DNA of 61,610 bases, filler included, from Choristocarpus tenellus KU-1152 (GCA_964200185.2; 12 parts of 12 records of this genome joined end to end with filler, not necessarily neighbours in it), one strand, 5' to 3'. Shown: positions 25,761 through 39,211, counted from the whole stretch's first letter. Notes: a model not told the origin generated them from the letters alone. Translations and numbers: made by a program.

Positions 25761-27945
25761 CGTTGAGACTCATATCCTGTGCAGATTTAGCTGCTATTTG
25801 TGTGAGTAAGGAAGAAGAGAGAAGAGATTGGAGCCTCACACGATTCCCCCTTGCTGAATGTGATCACATGGTTAAAAGGAGAAGAATGATCTTATTGTAC
25901 TTGGTGGGGCTTGGTTTAAGACCTGTTGCTTCTAGAAGGAATTACAAAAAAGAAGCACTGGCAACGTTACTAGAAAAAAAAAATCAAGATAAAGAGAAAC
26001 ATCTCGAACATGGCCCCAGTGTGTGTTGACTGTAACTTTGTGAGGCAACCTTGTACCTTTGCCATAGTGTCAGTTTGTGTGATTTACAGTGGTGGGCATA
26101 AGTGAGAGCACATCAGCACGTTTGTTGTAGTAGCAATTTATATCCAGCTTCCATACCGACTGATCACCTTACCTCTCTGGCATGAGGTCACATTATCCAG
26201 TGCAAGTATTAGTATTGCTTCTCTCTTCTTCACCAAGTGGAGGAAGTAATTCCAGGAACAACCATCGATATTTGGTGGTACTAGGCATCGTTCTCTTGCC
26301 TCACCTTTTCCTTCCATCATTACTTTCCTCCCTCTCAGATAACTGATATATGCGCGAAGTGGGGTTCCCTCTCAGAAACTCCCTGTGTGCATATTAGTTT
26401 GCCACTCATCTTCCCAACTGCAACACTATTAGGACCACTATTCCTGTCAAATACGGTGAAGTTCTACTTCGCTGATGCGGTGATACTAGGGCACAGATTT
26501 TTCTCTAATATTCACAAGAATTGGAAAGATTACTTTAAGAAGTGCCTTGTGTGATGGCCCAGGCATGGTGAGTTGTTTGAACCGTGTTCATTCATCCCTG
26601 TGCAGGAATAATCTGCCTCTTTACACCTTTTGCAGCAAGTGCTACGTCTCCTCCGCATTTTATCCATGTGTTTGCTATCTGAGTACAACTTTTTGGTATG
26701 AATATACACTACATACACATATTCTTAGGCACAGGAAGAATCAGAGCGTGAAATGTAGACTTTCGTATTCTGTGGAAAAAAAGGGACCAGACGAAACCCT
26801 TCAATTTCCTTTGCCCATCAACCACAGCAATGTGGGGAGAAGACAATACATGACTTGTGAAAGACGCCTATACTACTCATCTCTTCTCAATGAAGTGGAG
26901 GGCACACCTCGTGCAGTATATTTGGATTTTCTATTTAACGTTATATTTCAAGTGTTGTGGCACTCTCTAGTTACCAGCATACGCTTATGGCTGTTTGATC
27001 ATTTATCCTGTGGATTGCTTCGTATATATTTTAAAATGAATAGTTACCTCTCAATATACTTATCCATAGGGAGGGTTTCAGTATACTCTTTCACAATTCA
27101 AAATGTCTGTATCGTGCTTGTTTCACCTCGATGTTAATCTGGAATTATGTTCTTAGGGCTGATTGATACATGCTTATTCTCTGTGCCTCACATGGCAGAA
27201 ACGTTGCCTACAACTGCACCTGTGGGTTCAGCGGGAAGCAGTGGACAACAAGCCCGACCAGGATCCCACTCACAGTACTCGTCCTTCATTTAAATTGGTT
27301 TTCACCTAACCGGCGCAAGAATAGCCAACCAGTCGTCATCCCTATGCACCTGGATCAGAGACAGTTTTGTAGTTACCACACTGTCTACCCTTCTCCACCA
27401 GAGTGTGCCCACTGAGGTATTGGATGACTTTAGTTTGGTGTTCCTTCTTCCAAATACCCAATCAACAATCCCAATCAAGTCAAGCCAAGAAGTATTTTAA
27501 GTTGTTGTCCTGGTGAAGAATAGGAACAACCCACGCCATTCTGTTGTGTTTGGTGGGAGACTAGTGAATCTAAGAAGTGGTGAGTGTGTGATGGGTTATT
27601 GGGAGGGGAGAGGGGGACAGTGGTTTTCTCTTTCTTTTTAGCACTGTCACCATATTTTGCCATATTTTGGTGTTTGGCCCTTGCCTTGTGAGGCACTAGT
27701 ACTGCTTTGTGTGCCTATCGTATCCAGCATCAACTTGGTGACTTGATGCCCTGCTCTGTCAGTCAGTGCCCAACTTTGACCACACTGCACCATCCCACCT
27801 CCAGATCCTGAAGAACGATAAAAGGATGTGTCTATCATTGCCACAGAAGGCTCCAAGGAAACTGAAAGGAGCAAAGAATGATGGGAGAGAGTGGGGAGGA
27901 GGAGGGTATATTTATACCTAGCTCTCAGCTTCAGTACTTTTTCCT

Positions 27946-28128
27946 GACCCAAAGTATCTTGGGGGGGGGTGGGGGATCTACACCACCAGGTTGTCCATTT
28001 GGACCATGACCAGGAAAAGTGCCCTTACATTATCCATCCGACGTATGCAACAAAATCCCACAAAAATTGCGACGTGAAAAAATTGACCCCAAATGGGCAG
28101 CCGCCATCCTCCCCAGATACTTTGAGCC
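27946..28128 (+). mobile_element. MITE family B, full copy, TSD TCCT
   Basis: TCCT|GACCCAAAGTATCT...AGATACTTTGAGCC|TCCT. Confidence 0.9.
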
Positions 28129-28255
28129 TCCTTTTATCTTTTTTCTGGTATTTTGTTGTTGTAAACGTGAAGTACGGAGAAATCAGAAGGTTGAATAGAG
28201 GTCTATAGACCACTTTAAAAAAAAAATCGAAATGAAGGTCTCTCATCGGTCAAAT

Positions 28256-28416
28256 CTACTTGTCATTCAAGCATTGCTCCAAGAAAGTTCTTCTGAAACC
28301 TTGTTTTTCCGTGGTTCTTTGGAACCTTCTGCGCAATATAGGCTTGATGTACTCCTCGTACGCGCTGCGTCCTTCGAACGATGTATCAGCTGTGGGAGGT
28401 GCAGGAATGCGGTATG
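28256..28416 (-). CDS. Possible terminal exon of an unknown protein
   Basis: ccaccag acceptor and an open frame YRIPAPPTADTSFEGRSAYEEYIKPILRRRF...CLNDK*. No family was recognised. Confidence 0.35.
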
Positions 28417-28848
28417 CTGGTGGTAGGATGCAGGACAGTCCCTTGCTGCTCGCATAGCTCACCAGCGCCATCCACCATTCTGCCCACTTCTCCCTTGCAT
28501 GCCCCCGCGCTCCACTACATAGTGGCAGTGTTACTTTTTCTTTTTTTTTATTATGCCCTCTGACATTTTGCAGATGTGTCAGGGAGAAACCAATGAAAAC
28601 TATATACATATATNNNNNNNNNNNNNNNNNNNNNNNNNNNNNNNNNNNNNNNNNNNNTTAATTAATTAANNNNNNNNNNNNNNNNNNNNNNNNNNNNNNN
28701 NNNNNNNNNNNNNGTTACTGGGTTTCCGTCTTGTGTCTTTCCGATCTTTTCCATCTTTCCCATGTTTTTATTTTTTTTCCCCTCTCTCCCCCCCCCCCCC
28801 CCCCCCCCCCCCCCACACACACCTTCTCGTGTTGTTCTTGGCTGTCAG

Positions 28849-31800
28849 ATCTGCGGAGAGGCCCCCTGCATCATCGGCGATTACGTCGAAACACCTTCCC
28901 CAGTGTTTGTGCAAACTGCTGCGCCTGTGGGTGAGGAAATAGAAAAAAAGAATATTCTGTATGTATGTATATATATATATATATTTATGTACTTCGGGAT
29001 GAGAGAGATCGCAGCACCTTTATTTTTGTAAGGATTAACCCAGGATGACAATGGAGGGTTTTGATTAAAAAATGGATGCCGAATCAGGTCGTAATTTTTT
29101 TAATTTCTATTTTGATGACCTGGGATACGAGATGGTGGGGTTACTGCTAGAAAACCCCCCCGAGAGGTCAGTGTTTTTGTTTGTGTGTGGAAATATTTGA
29201 AAGGTTGAACAGTGTATGGGAATGTAGTATAATCCCAATCTTCTGTATGAACTCCATTCCTGCTTGCAGGCAATTGTGATACAACTTCCATCTGGATGCA
29301 GAACCCCCCTCCCCCCCCCCCCCCCCCCCCCGCCCCACAACACCACCCCCAACCCCACCCACACNNNNNNNNNNTTTGTTTCTCCTTTTCTCGTTGGATA
29401 GAGTCGGAACTCCCCGCCAGTCCGCTCCCACCCCCCCCCCCCCCCCCCCCCCCCCTCTCACCCCCACATCCCCTGACTTGAATTTATTAACTTTTTGAAA
29501 AAGTTGACTAGAATTTTATTAACATCTGTCCAATGTTTTCGTGATCGTTTGATCTAAAAAAAACACAAACTATTTTGTGGGTGTGGGTGCGTGTCTGCGT
29601 GTCGTGAATATTTTTTAAATTTCGAAATATTCCGTACATGAGCGTAATGAATATAAAATTATTTCAAGCGTAATCTTTTTATTTCCATTTTTTTCTCTTT
29701 TAGAAGGTGCTGCAGTTTGGTTGGCTACTTTTTTTTCAATTTTTATAGATTTTTTTTGGGTAGTACGCTTCTCTTCTGTCTCATGATGTGGTATTGAACA
29801 GGTCTGTTACTCCCCTCCGAGATGGAACTTTCACCTTGGGTAGGCATGTTTAGACATAAATAGTGCCAAGTCTGTTCCATAATCCATTCGCACTCCATCT
29901 GCATGAACACAAGTAATACTAAATGAGGTAACGAACATCCGTCCAGTATTGCTCTTCAACCCTTTAGAAGGTTGTAAATATCATCCTGTCGTGTAGCGCC
30001 CTGGAGTGTGCCCTGGAGTGCCCTGATTCTCCCCACGTGCTTGCATGCATTTTTGCTCTTGTGTATGTACATGTGTGATACAGCAGTGTGGTTAAATTCA
30101 ACAGTTAGGTTCAACTCAACAGATTCAATTCAACAGTTAGATCAATTCTACAGTTAGGTTCAATTTAATTGCTTTTGTCAAGCCTCTTGTTGCCAACTGT
30201 TTCTATTCTATGCCCCCTCCCTCACCCCCCCCCCCAACTCACACCGAATTTGTAACTGACACACACAAACACACACGCCTTCCTGTGTTTTGGTTCGTTG
30301 TGGACCGTGACAATTTGCAGCACCTTCAACTTGCACAAACGGCCTTGCTGGATACCAGAATGACGACATTTGTTGTGAGGAGAACTGTGGCCAGTGCGGA
30401 GGCGCTGGCTGCGGGTCCATTCCGGGAACGGGCGGATCTTCGAGCTGCTGCCCCAATGGCATTCGTGCGACAGGAAGGGTACGTTACGGGATGTTACGGG
30501 ATGCAATGAACAGTAATTGTAGTAGCATCATGAAGTAGATATTTTTTTTCTTTTTTTGGTGCTGATTGTTGATTGGTGTGATGAAAATATTTATTTTTTC
30601 ATCACTATGTGTAGTGTAGTGTAGTGTAGTGTAGTGTAGTGGTGACATGTGGACCGTTTTGTTACATCCAAAAAAAAACATTTTTTTGTGCTGTTGTAGT
30701 CTTTTGATATTAAAAAAAAGCGCTTGTCCTCATCCTCGATCTTTTTTATGTATTTTTTTATTGTAATACAATATATATACATATTATTTTTATTGTATGT
30801 TTTTTTTGCAATACAATATATATATATAAATATGTATTTTTCTTCTCTTTCCTTGAATAATACATAAATTTCTCAACGTATATTTTTATTTTATTGGTCT
30901 CAGGTGTGCGGTAATGGTGTTGAAGCGCCTTGCATCATTGGTGACTGGGTTGAGACTCCTTCCCCTGTGGTGTTCGTCTCTGCTGCTCCAGTGGGTGAGT
31001 GAGAAACCACCAACAAGGGGTTTATGTATGATCTACTTGCTGTGGTAGTTGAAGAATGGGGGCGGAGCTGTAGGTGGTGTTTGTCTTCAGTTGGTTGATG
31101 GGGGGAGCACTCAAGCACTGCCAATGCATCAATGCAGAAACCCATTGATTTTGACAACTATGCAGAAAAACAAAGGTTTGGTGTGTTACCATCATTGCTC
31201 TGCTGCATCATGTACCTACCATCATGTGGTCACATGCTAAACATCCCTGTCATGAGTTCGTATTTTTTTATTTCTCAGTAACTGCTGTTTTTTTTCTCGA
31301 CAAATTTATGACTCGCATATTATTTATTATTTTTGAACTAAAAAAAAGCACTGACTGTAAAGGAGGTTGTAGGCGGCTCAAGGAATAATACATATATATA
31401 TACATACATATATAATACATATATATACATACATATGTAATACATATATATATACATACATAGCACACATATATATATATATATACATATGTAATACATA
31501 TATACATATACATACATACATATATACACATAATATTACATAATACACATAGTTACATGCATAGATATATGTTGTACTATAGCTGCATTGAACTCGGTTT
31601 TGTCGTCAGACTTTTGACACTATCGGGTACTCCCCTCCCCTCCCCTCCCCTCTTCCTGTCTTGCACTGGATTTGTAACCGACCCACACATCCCTCCTAAC
31701 CATGTTTATGGCAATATGCATACATGTATATATACATACATACGTGTGTGTGTGAAGTACCTTCAACATGCACAAACGGCTTTGCTGGATACCAGAACGA

Positions 31801-32263
31801 CGACATTTGTTGTGAGGAGAACTGTGGCCAGTGCGGAGGCGTTGGCTGCGGGTCCATTCCGGGAACGGGCGGATCTTCCAGCTGCTGTCCAGCTGCCGTC
31901 CGTCTGTCGGGAAGGGTGTGTGACGGGACGTAGCGGGATGTAGCGGGATGTAGTGGGATGTAGTGGGACGTGACAAATATCAATGTGGTATCCCCATGTT
32001 CAGCATCAGTTTGAGCAGATAGATGATGAGAGGAAGCAGTACTGTAATGGGGTGTAGTGGGACGTGACAAATATCAATGTAATATCCCCATGTTCAGCAT
32101 CAGTTTGAGCAGATAGATGATGAGAGGAAGCAGTACTGTAATGGGGTGGCGTTTTGTAGATGATGTTTTGTTCTTATTACTATGAATTGTTTTATCTAAT
32201 TTATTTTTTTGTAGTGATATTATCTACGTACATATTTTGGAATGATAAATGTTACCTATATTA

Positions 32264-32294
<31 letters not shown>

Positions 32295-33721
32295 TTTATT
32301 ATTATTATTATTATTTTTATTGGTCTCAGGTGTGCGGTAATGGTGTTGAAGCGCCTTGTATCATTGGCGACTGGGTTGAGACTCCTTCCCCTGTGGTGTT
32401 AATCTCTGCTGCTCCAGTGGGTGAGTGATAAGCGTTGAGAAAAAGGAGTATATGATCAGTGTCGGAAAAGGGTATGTATGATGTAAGTGCTGAACAGAGT
32501 AAATGAAAAGTGTTGAAAAGGGTATATATGATAATTGTCGAAAAGGGGTGTATGATAAGTGTTGAGAAAAGGATATATGATAATTGTCGAAAAGGGGTGT
32601 ATGATAAGTGTCGAAAAAGGGTATATGATAAGCGCTGAGAAGGGTATATGTTAAGTGTTGAAAAGGGTATATGATAAGTGTTGAGAAAAGGTATATGATA
32701 GGTGTTGAAAAGGGTGTATGATACGCGTTGAGAAAAGGTGGATGATAAGTGTCAAAAAAGGGTGTATGATAAGCGCGCTGAAAAGGGTATATGATAAGTG
32801 CTGAAAAGGGTATATGATAAGTGTTGAGAACAGGTTTTTGATTTGTGTTGAAAAGGGTGTATGATGTGCTTTCTGTGGTAGTTGAGAAAGGATCGGTGGA
32901 GACACATCAAGCCCAGGGAAATAAATGTAGAAGTGATCAATGATCCGATGCAAAGGCATGACTATGTACTGTAGTCAAAGAAACTTAAGATGGTATGAAG
33001 TGTTACATACATACCATCAACGGTACATAGATGGTTGTGTATATTGGTTATATGGTCTACCTTATACTGACCTTGCAATCTGCCAATCCCCCCCCCCCCC
33101 CCCCTATGTGTTTGTGGGGGCTTGTAATTTTTTTTTCTCCCCCTTTTNNNNNNNNCCCCCCCCCCCCAAGATATTGTTGGTGAGATTCTGTAATTTTTCC
33201 TCATAATCATTGTGCTGTCGATTTGTTTTTGCTGTATTGGATTTGTTGGTCAGTTGGTTGTTACTGTTACGAATTTTAGTGTGACAGGTGCAGGTACGTC
33301 AAAAAGAGGTGGTCTGTTGTGTACGTACCGCCTGCGCACATGGAGGTGTGGAAACCCATGTATTATCGTTTGGGAATAAGCGTTGTAATTGTCATCTAAT
33401 CTGTCCAATACTATTTTCTACTCCCCTGTTAAACAAAACACGAGCTCTGTTCCTGTTCCTGTTCTTCACAGCTGTGAGCGTGCTTTTTTATTCTCTTTTT
33501 TTTTTCTAATATATTATTTTTAAAAAAACTCCCTTTTGCTGTTATTATTATTTTTTTATCAAGTCCCATCGAATTGCACCAATGGCCTTCCCGGATACCA
33601 GCAAGATGAAGTTTGTTGTGAGTTGAACTGTGGAACATGTGGTGGAGTCGGGTGTGGGACTATCCCAGGAACTGGTGGGTCCAGCAGCTGCTGCCCCTCT
33701 ACCATCAGAGCCAACGGAAAT
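28849..33721 (+). CDS. Cys-rich tandem-repeat, probably extracellular protein, partial
   Basis: Alternating exons 28849-28930, 30321-30478, 30904-30994, 31758-31915, 32330-32420 and 33564-33721. The unit is CTNG.AGYQ.DDICCEENCGQCGG.GCGSIPGTGGSSSCCP..IR..GRVCGNGVEAPCIIG plus a TPSP/AAPV linker. All phases are compatible. Confidence 0.92.
31388..31560. repeat. Compound (TA/CA)n microsatellite
   Basis: ATATATACATAC-type run. Other simple repeats: (AAT)n 10849-10878, (GTGTA)n about 30609-30640, (ATGG)n 51196-51218 and (CATA)n 58603-58645. Confidence 0.9.
31960..32147 (+). repeat. Tandem duplication of about 94 bp in an intron
   Basis: GTAGTGGGACGTGACAAATATCAATG...GCAGTACTGTAATGGGGT occurs twice in tandem. 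Confidence 0.9.
32425..32870 (+). repeat. Minisatellite with a unit of about 24-26 bp
   Basis: Many degenerate copies of GATAAGTGTTGAAAAGGGTATAT. Confidence 0.9.
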
Positions 33722-33779
33722 GTGAGTTGTTGTAACTGGATAGAACCGAAAATATAACAATATTATTATTATAATATTG

Positions 33780-34300
33780 TTATATTGTTCTTGTTCTTGT
33801 TCTTGATATTCTTATTGTTATTGTTACTATTGTTATTTTTATATTATTTTTTATTGTTCTTGATATTCTTATTGTTACTATTGTTACTGCTATTGTTGCT
33901 ACTGCTATTGTTACTATTATAATTATTATTGTCACTACTTTCACCTGAGATTTGGGAACGTTTGAGATTGTTATTGTTACTATTGTTGTTACTACTATTA
34001 TTATTGTTGCTATTGTTATTATTATTATTGTTGTTACTACTTTCACCTGAGATTTGGGAACGTTTGAGATTGTTATTGTTACTATTGTTTTTACTGCTAT
34101 TGTTACTATTATTATTGTTGCTATTGTTATTATTATTATTATTATTATTGTTGTTGTTACTATCACCTGAGATTTGGGAACGTTTGAGATTGTTTTTGTT
34201 ACTATTGTTGTTACTATTATTATTGTTGCTATTGTTATTATTGTTATTATTATTATTGTTGTTACTATCACCTGAGATTTGGGAACGTTTGAGATTGTTG
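33780..34300 (+). repeat. Composite minisatellite: 30-bp core in trinucleotide tracts
   Basis: TCACCTGAGATTTGGGAACGTTTGAGATTG at 33941, 34043, 34163 and 34268, separated by (TTA/TTG/CTA)n. Confidence 0.9.
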
Positions 34301-35271
34301 ATTTTCGGAGTGATTTTTTTTCTTCATGTGTATATTTTCTGTAAATGAAAAAATGTTGAATGTGCATAATAATAATAATAATAATACAAGTAATTTACCA
34401 TGTAAACCTCAACTTAAAAAAGATCATACTTTCATTCATGCTGTCGGTGAGCACCAAGCAACCCTTGAATTTTTGGAGAAAACCGTTACACCCTACCCAA
34501 GGAGATGTTGTGTGCACTGTTGATGATTTCATTTAAAAATACTTAATTATTTTTATTGACCTGTTTTTACTTCCGTCCCCTGTCCCTTCTTGTCTACCCT
34601 CCCCCCCCCCCCCCCCCCCCCTCTTTTTTTTTGTTTNNNNNNNNNNNNNNNNNNNNNNNNNNNNNNNNNNNNNNNNNNNNTTAATTAATTAANNNNNNNN
34701 NNNNNNNNNNNNNNNNNNNNNNNNNNNNNNNNNNNNCCCCCCCCCCAAAACCCCCCCCCAACAAAAAAAAAACCCCCAATTTTCCCCCCCCCCCCCCCCC
34801 CCCCCCCCACCCCCCAGATACTTTGGGTCTGGAGGTCTTGTATTCAATTATTGTTCCAGCAAAGTCTCCCTCAGCATGTCCCCATGTACCACAAAACTGA
34901 TCCAAGGAAGGGGGAAGATTGGCTGTGGATAACCTCTTCAAGCAGAGAGCATTGCATGAAGAGATACGCCTGTGCACTAGTTGTGGGGTAGAGTACATAC
35001 TTTGACAAGCACTAGATCGTTTCCTTTCCCTAAACAGTACACTCGCAGCAGTATGATAGGAGGGATGTGATCACTGTGTAGTGGATATCCCTGAAGTGAA
35101 AGCATCCTGGCATTTCATTCGCGTGCAAGTCCTTCATCAAATATCACCGCAAGTATCATGCATTGGAGCACCCAGTAACCTTGACCCAAGCCTTTGATTC
35201 AACACACCAACATGTGTGCCGCCTGGGCCTCTCTCATCACCATTGCCATTGCAACACCAAATCATTTGCAG

Positions 35272-38195
35272 GTATGATAAGAACCACCCCAGCTCCCTGG
35301 GTCTTGATGCCTTCTATGGAGCAGTGATGCCCCCACACGTTTTCAAGGAGCAGCTTAAACGGGTAAGCTTCAAATACGAGTCATTTGGGATGATTGTAGT
35401 AGGCTCTCCATTCCTGATAGATGCGAGGGGGAGACTCATGCTTGAGATGTCCCAGTGGATGAGATGGAGAGGAGTGAGATCCTGTGGGTGGTTTGATAAG
35501 ACTACTGGCCCCTGGTGATATACCCAGCCAGAAGAGCTACTTCCTGTAGGAGTATCGAGTAGCTGGTGAAATAAGAGTGAAGTTTATGCAATTGATCTTC
35601 CAGGATCAGTATATATGACTCTGGTTGTACCAGAATCTTGAGATTGATTGTGGTTAATAGTGAAAGTTTTTTTAGTAAGGGTAGATAGACCAACCTTTAC
35701 AATAGACCTCCTGACTGACAGTATGACTCATATAGCAATGTGCCGTCTTCAGAGCAAGTTGAGCACGCTTTCACACCTGATCCGGTCGGGATGAACAAAA
35801 ATACTACAGTTATCAAACATCACTGAACATAATTTTGGAGAAGAGATGATTCGCAGGCTGTCGCATTGGCAACATGCTCAAAGGTGCAATAGCCCTAACG
35901 GAAAATACATTTTGGTCTGTTGTTCTCTTCTGTGTCCTGTGCAGAAGGCTGTTCCTTGACACATAGGAGTTGTTGCTTCAATTTGCTTCAATTTGCTTCA
36001 ATTTGCTTCAATTTGCTTCAATTAACCATGCTTTTGACCAGGAGAAAAGATATCATTAGTAGCATATAGCAGGCAACCCCAGAACTAATCTTGAGACGCA
36101 AATATGTTTTTGATCACACTCCGCATTTTCAGCCTCTCCTCCAGGATACTCTTTTTCTGATATGCACATCGGTAAGTACAGTTTATGAATAAAGAGCAGC
36201 CATTACAAAAGCTTGAAGAGCTATGTGACCTGTCCTCACTGAGTCTTCCTCATGGAGGATAATGCTCCTTGGTTGACACCTGAGTCAAAGTATCTTAGAG
36301 GGTAGAGCCACGTCCGTTTGGGGTCAAAATCCAATGTTGCCATTTTGATGTAATTTTGGCTATCATGTTTGTTAGCAAGTGTCAATATCCTTGTTCGGAC
36401 ATACCTTTTCATAGCATACACATTTTACCTACTCAGAAAAATTTCGGAGTATGTAAAATGTCATGAAAAAAACCTGTGGGAAGCCAAGCCCCACATGGAC
36501 AAACAGGGCAAAACTCGTACCCTCTAAGATACTTTCACTCACCTCCAACATTCAAATCACCTTGCAACCCTCACTACCCCGTGTGTCGGGTCTCAAGACT
36601 AGGGTAAAGGGTGTAAAGAATACATTAGTACTTCACATTACATCGATTGCATCATCTACCAAGTATGTGCTTAGAAACATGTACCTAGCACGGAGTACAT
36701 TTCATGTATGCACATATCAGCTACAAGTTCTACAAGAGGAAATTCCCAAGCACAAACCTGCACTGCACAACTCCCTGTTCTCATCGTACAGGGTTGTTGT
36801 AACACCTACATGTTGTGATACCGTTGTTTTATCACCTAGCATCCTAACAGGCATTGCTCTTCCTTCAGCTTTGTTGTCATCATAACCCAGTCAGAATTTT
36901 TTCCTGGCTCAAGCACCTCCTGCCATGAACGTCCTACTATAGTCTCATCTCCTTTGAGAGTCAATCCCTTTCCTGCATAAACATAGACTTGGTCTTGTGC
37001 CAATGCTCACACCACGGCATCATGCAAAGGGTTGCCCTGCTCCGCCTACAACAGCAACCGTACTTAACCACACAAAACATGTCACTCTCTTGATCCCTTC
37101 AACCGTCAACTGTTGTCAAGGTGTTTCGCTTGAATCTTTCTCCTCCTGAGCTCGGTGCAGCCATACACCTCTTCGACAAAGACGGCGATGGGACAATCAG
37201 CTGTCCGGAGTTCCTCATCACTTTTTTCCGTATTGGTATGTGCTTTTATGATTCAAAGGCTTCAGCCAAGAGAAGTAGGGGTGCAGTTTCTGTTGTAGCA
37301 AGCAGATATGATACGAAAAGAAAATGCTACCGCCTTAGGATGCAAGGAATCTCATCCCACAGATCCATCCTGAGTCAACGTATCTAAGAGGGTAGGGCAG
37401 TGTCCGTTTGGAGGCCAAAATCCAATGTTACGATTTGATGAAATTTTGGCTATTGTGCTTTTGTTAGGAATTGTCAATTTCCTTGTTCCGGACACACCTT
37501 TCCATGATCTATACATTTTACCTACTCCGAAACATTTTGGAGTAGGAAAATATCATAAAAAACCCCCGTAGGAAGTCAAGCCCCAAATGGACAAGCAGGG
37601 TAAAACTCGTACGCTCTAAGATACTTTTCACTCTCCTGTAGAGCTCAAGCTTGAACTGTGTTCCCAATGTTCACGGCATCACCTACTCCCAATTCCCACC
37701 CTAGACTAATCCCATAAATATTGTTGGAGTAGTCTCATGTCAACAAGCTATCCTCGCACAGTACAGTTACCCCATTACACCCAATATCTGCCCATGATGG
37801 TAATCTCACTGATCGTCATTAGGTGTATTCCATTTAGTGAAAAAAAGGGACAGCGGATAGATAAGTAACAACACCCACAATGTAGCGTCACAAAATGAAA
37901 GGCAGAGCTGCATGGTACGATAAACATCCTACCACAAGAGTCAAGGGTTCTCTGAGGATTGCCGAGCAGAGTGGCTGGAGGACAAAATATTTCTTTTGTT
38001 TCCCTCTCCCCACATTGACATCAACATCAGCCTTAGAGGATCACTCGAACAGGTGGGTGCATCCACCATTGATTCTCACCACGCACCCCTCCCCCCTCTC
38101 TCTCAGGATTTGACACGAGGCAAGAGGCAGCTGGGGAGAGGAAGAGGCAAGACCGAGAGAACTTTGCAAGGATAGCTGAGGAGAACGCTCAAAAG
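35272..38195 (+). CDS. EF-hand Ca2+-binding protein, three internal exons
   Basis: Exons 35272-35362, 37121-37235 and 38107-38195 join in frame: YDKNHPSSLGLDAF...MPPHVFKEQLKR|VFRLNLSPPELGAAIHLFDKDGDGTISCPEFLITFFRIG|FDTRQE... The loop DKDGDGTISCPE is a canonical EF-hand. Confidence 0.88.
35973..36023 (+). repeat. 10-bp tandem repeat (TTGCTTCAAT)x5
   Basis: Directly visible in the sequence. Confidence 0.9.
36282..36540 (+). mobile_element. MITE family A, intronic, TSD ACCT
   Basis: ACCT|GAGTCAAAGTATCTTAGAGGG...CCCTCTAAGATACTTTCACTC|ACCT. Confidence 0.92.
37372..37633 (+). mobile_element. MITE family A, intronic, TSD TCCT
   Basis: TCCT|GAGTCAACGTATCTAAGAGGG...CTCTAAGATACTTTTCACTC|TCCT. Confidence 0.9.
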
Positions 38196-39211
38196 GTGAA
38201 CAACAAGTTGCCGCATGGAAGTGTACAAAACACAGACACGCGCGCGGGGGTGAGCGCGCGGGCGAGCACACACACAAAAGAGCCTTTGAAGTATGGTATG
38301 ATGTACATTTCATACACACAGTACACTAAGCTATGAAGAGATCCTTGAAGTTATCCTTCTAAAGTGTTAAAGCAAGTTGTCAATCTCTGCCCATTTCCCA
38401 TTAAATACAAAACGGATAAGATGATGGGTAAATATCACATGACAGAATGTATACTCTGGGACAACTCACCTACACACCCAAAGCCCTATTTGGACCAACC
38501 TGTCATAACGTAAGAGGATTGCACTTGTTGATACTCTCAAGTTGGTATGCTATTTGTAAATTACAGGGTGTGATGATTGTGAACTGTTTTTCACATTAGA
38601 GGAGTAATACAATACTGCTCCATTCAAATCGTGTATGAATACTGTGATTCCATGAAAGCACTTCCTTTGCTACCCCAATCTCTTAAGGTAAGTTGTCTGT
38701 GCGTGATGTTGACTGACCGCCAAAAAAAAGTCCTCTAGGTCAATGATTCTCATTGCTGGCCAATAATCTCTCACAATTTAGTCTGTCCCCCTCATCTCTG
38801 GCAAAGGGTTAGGGTTAGAAGAAAAAAGAAATAGAGCCTTGATTGGTAAGGGGAATTGATTGTTTCTTGAACCTCTCGAAATAGAATGCAGGGGGGGGGG
38901 GGGGGGGGGAAGCTCTAGAATTAGCCCGACAAACTGCTAGACATGCCCCACCAACCAANNNNNNNNNNNNNNNNNNNNNNNNNNNNNNNNNNNNNNNNNN
39001 NNTTAATTAATTAANNNNNNNNNNNNNNNNNNNNNNNNNNNNNNNNNNNNNNNNNNNNGGTTTTTTTTTTTTTGTTTTCCTATTATTTGTGAAGAAGAGT
39101 AGGTGCGTATTATGGAAAAAGGATATTGACACTCCCCAACATACACAACAGCCCAAAATTAATCAAAATCGCAGCATTTGATTTTGCCCCAAATACACTA
39201 CAAACAACAGA

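Noticed and set aside
33941-34297. CRISPR-like array of four identical 30-bp repeats
   Set aside because: The spacers are low-complexity trinucleotide tracts similar to each other, there are no cas genes, and the context is a eukaryotic intron.
33780-34367. 195-aa and 139-aa ORFs (poly-Ile/Thr and poly-Leu)
   Set aside because: These are by-products of the trinucleotide minisatellite.
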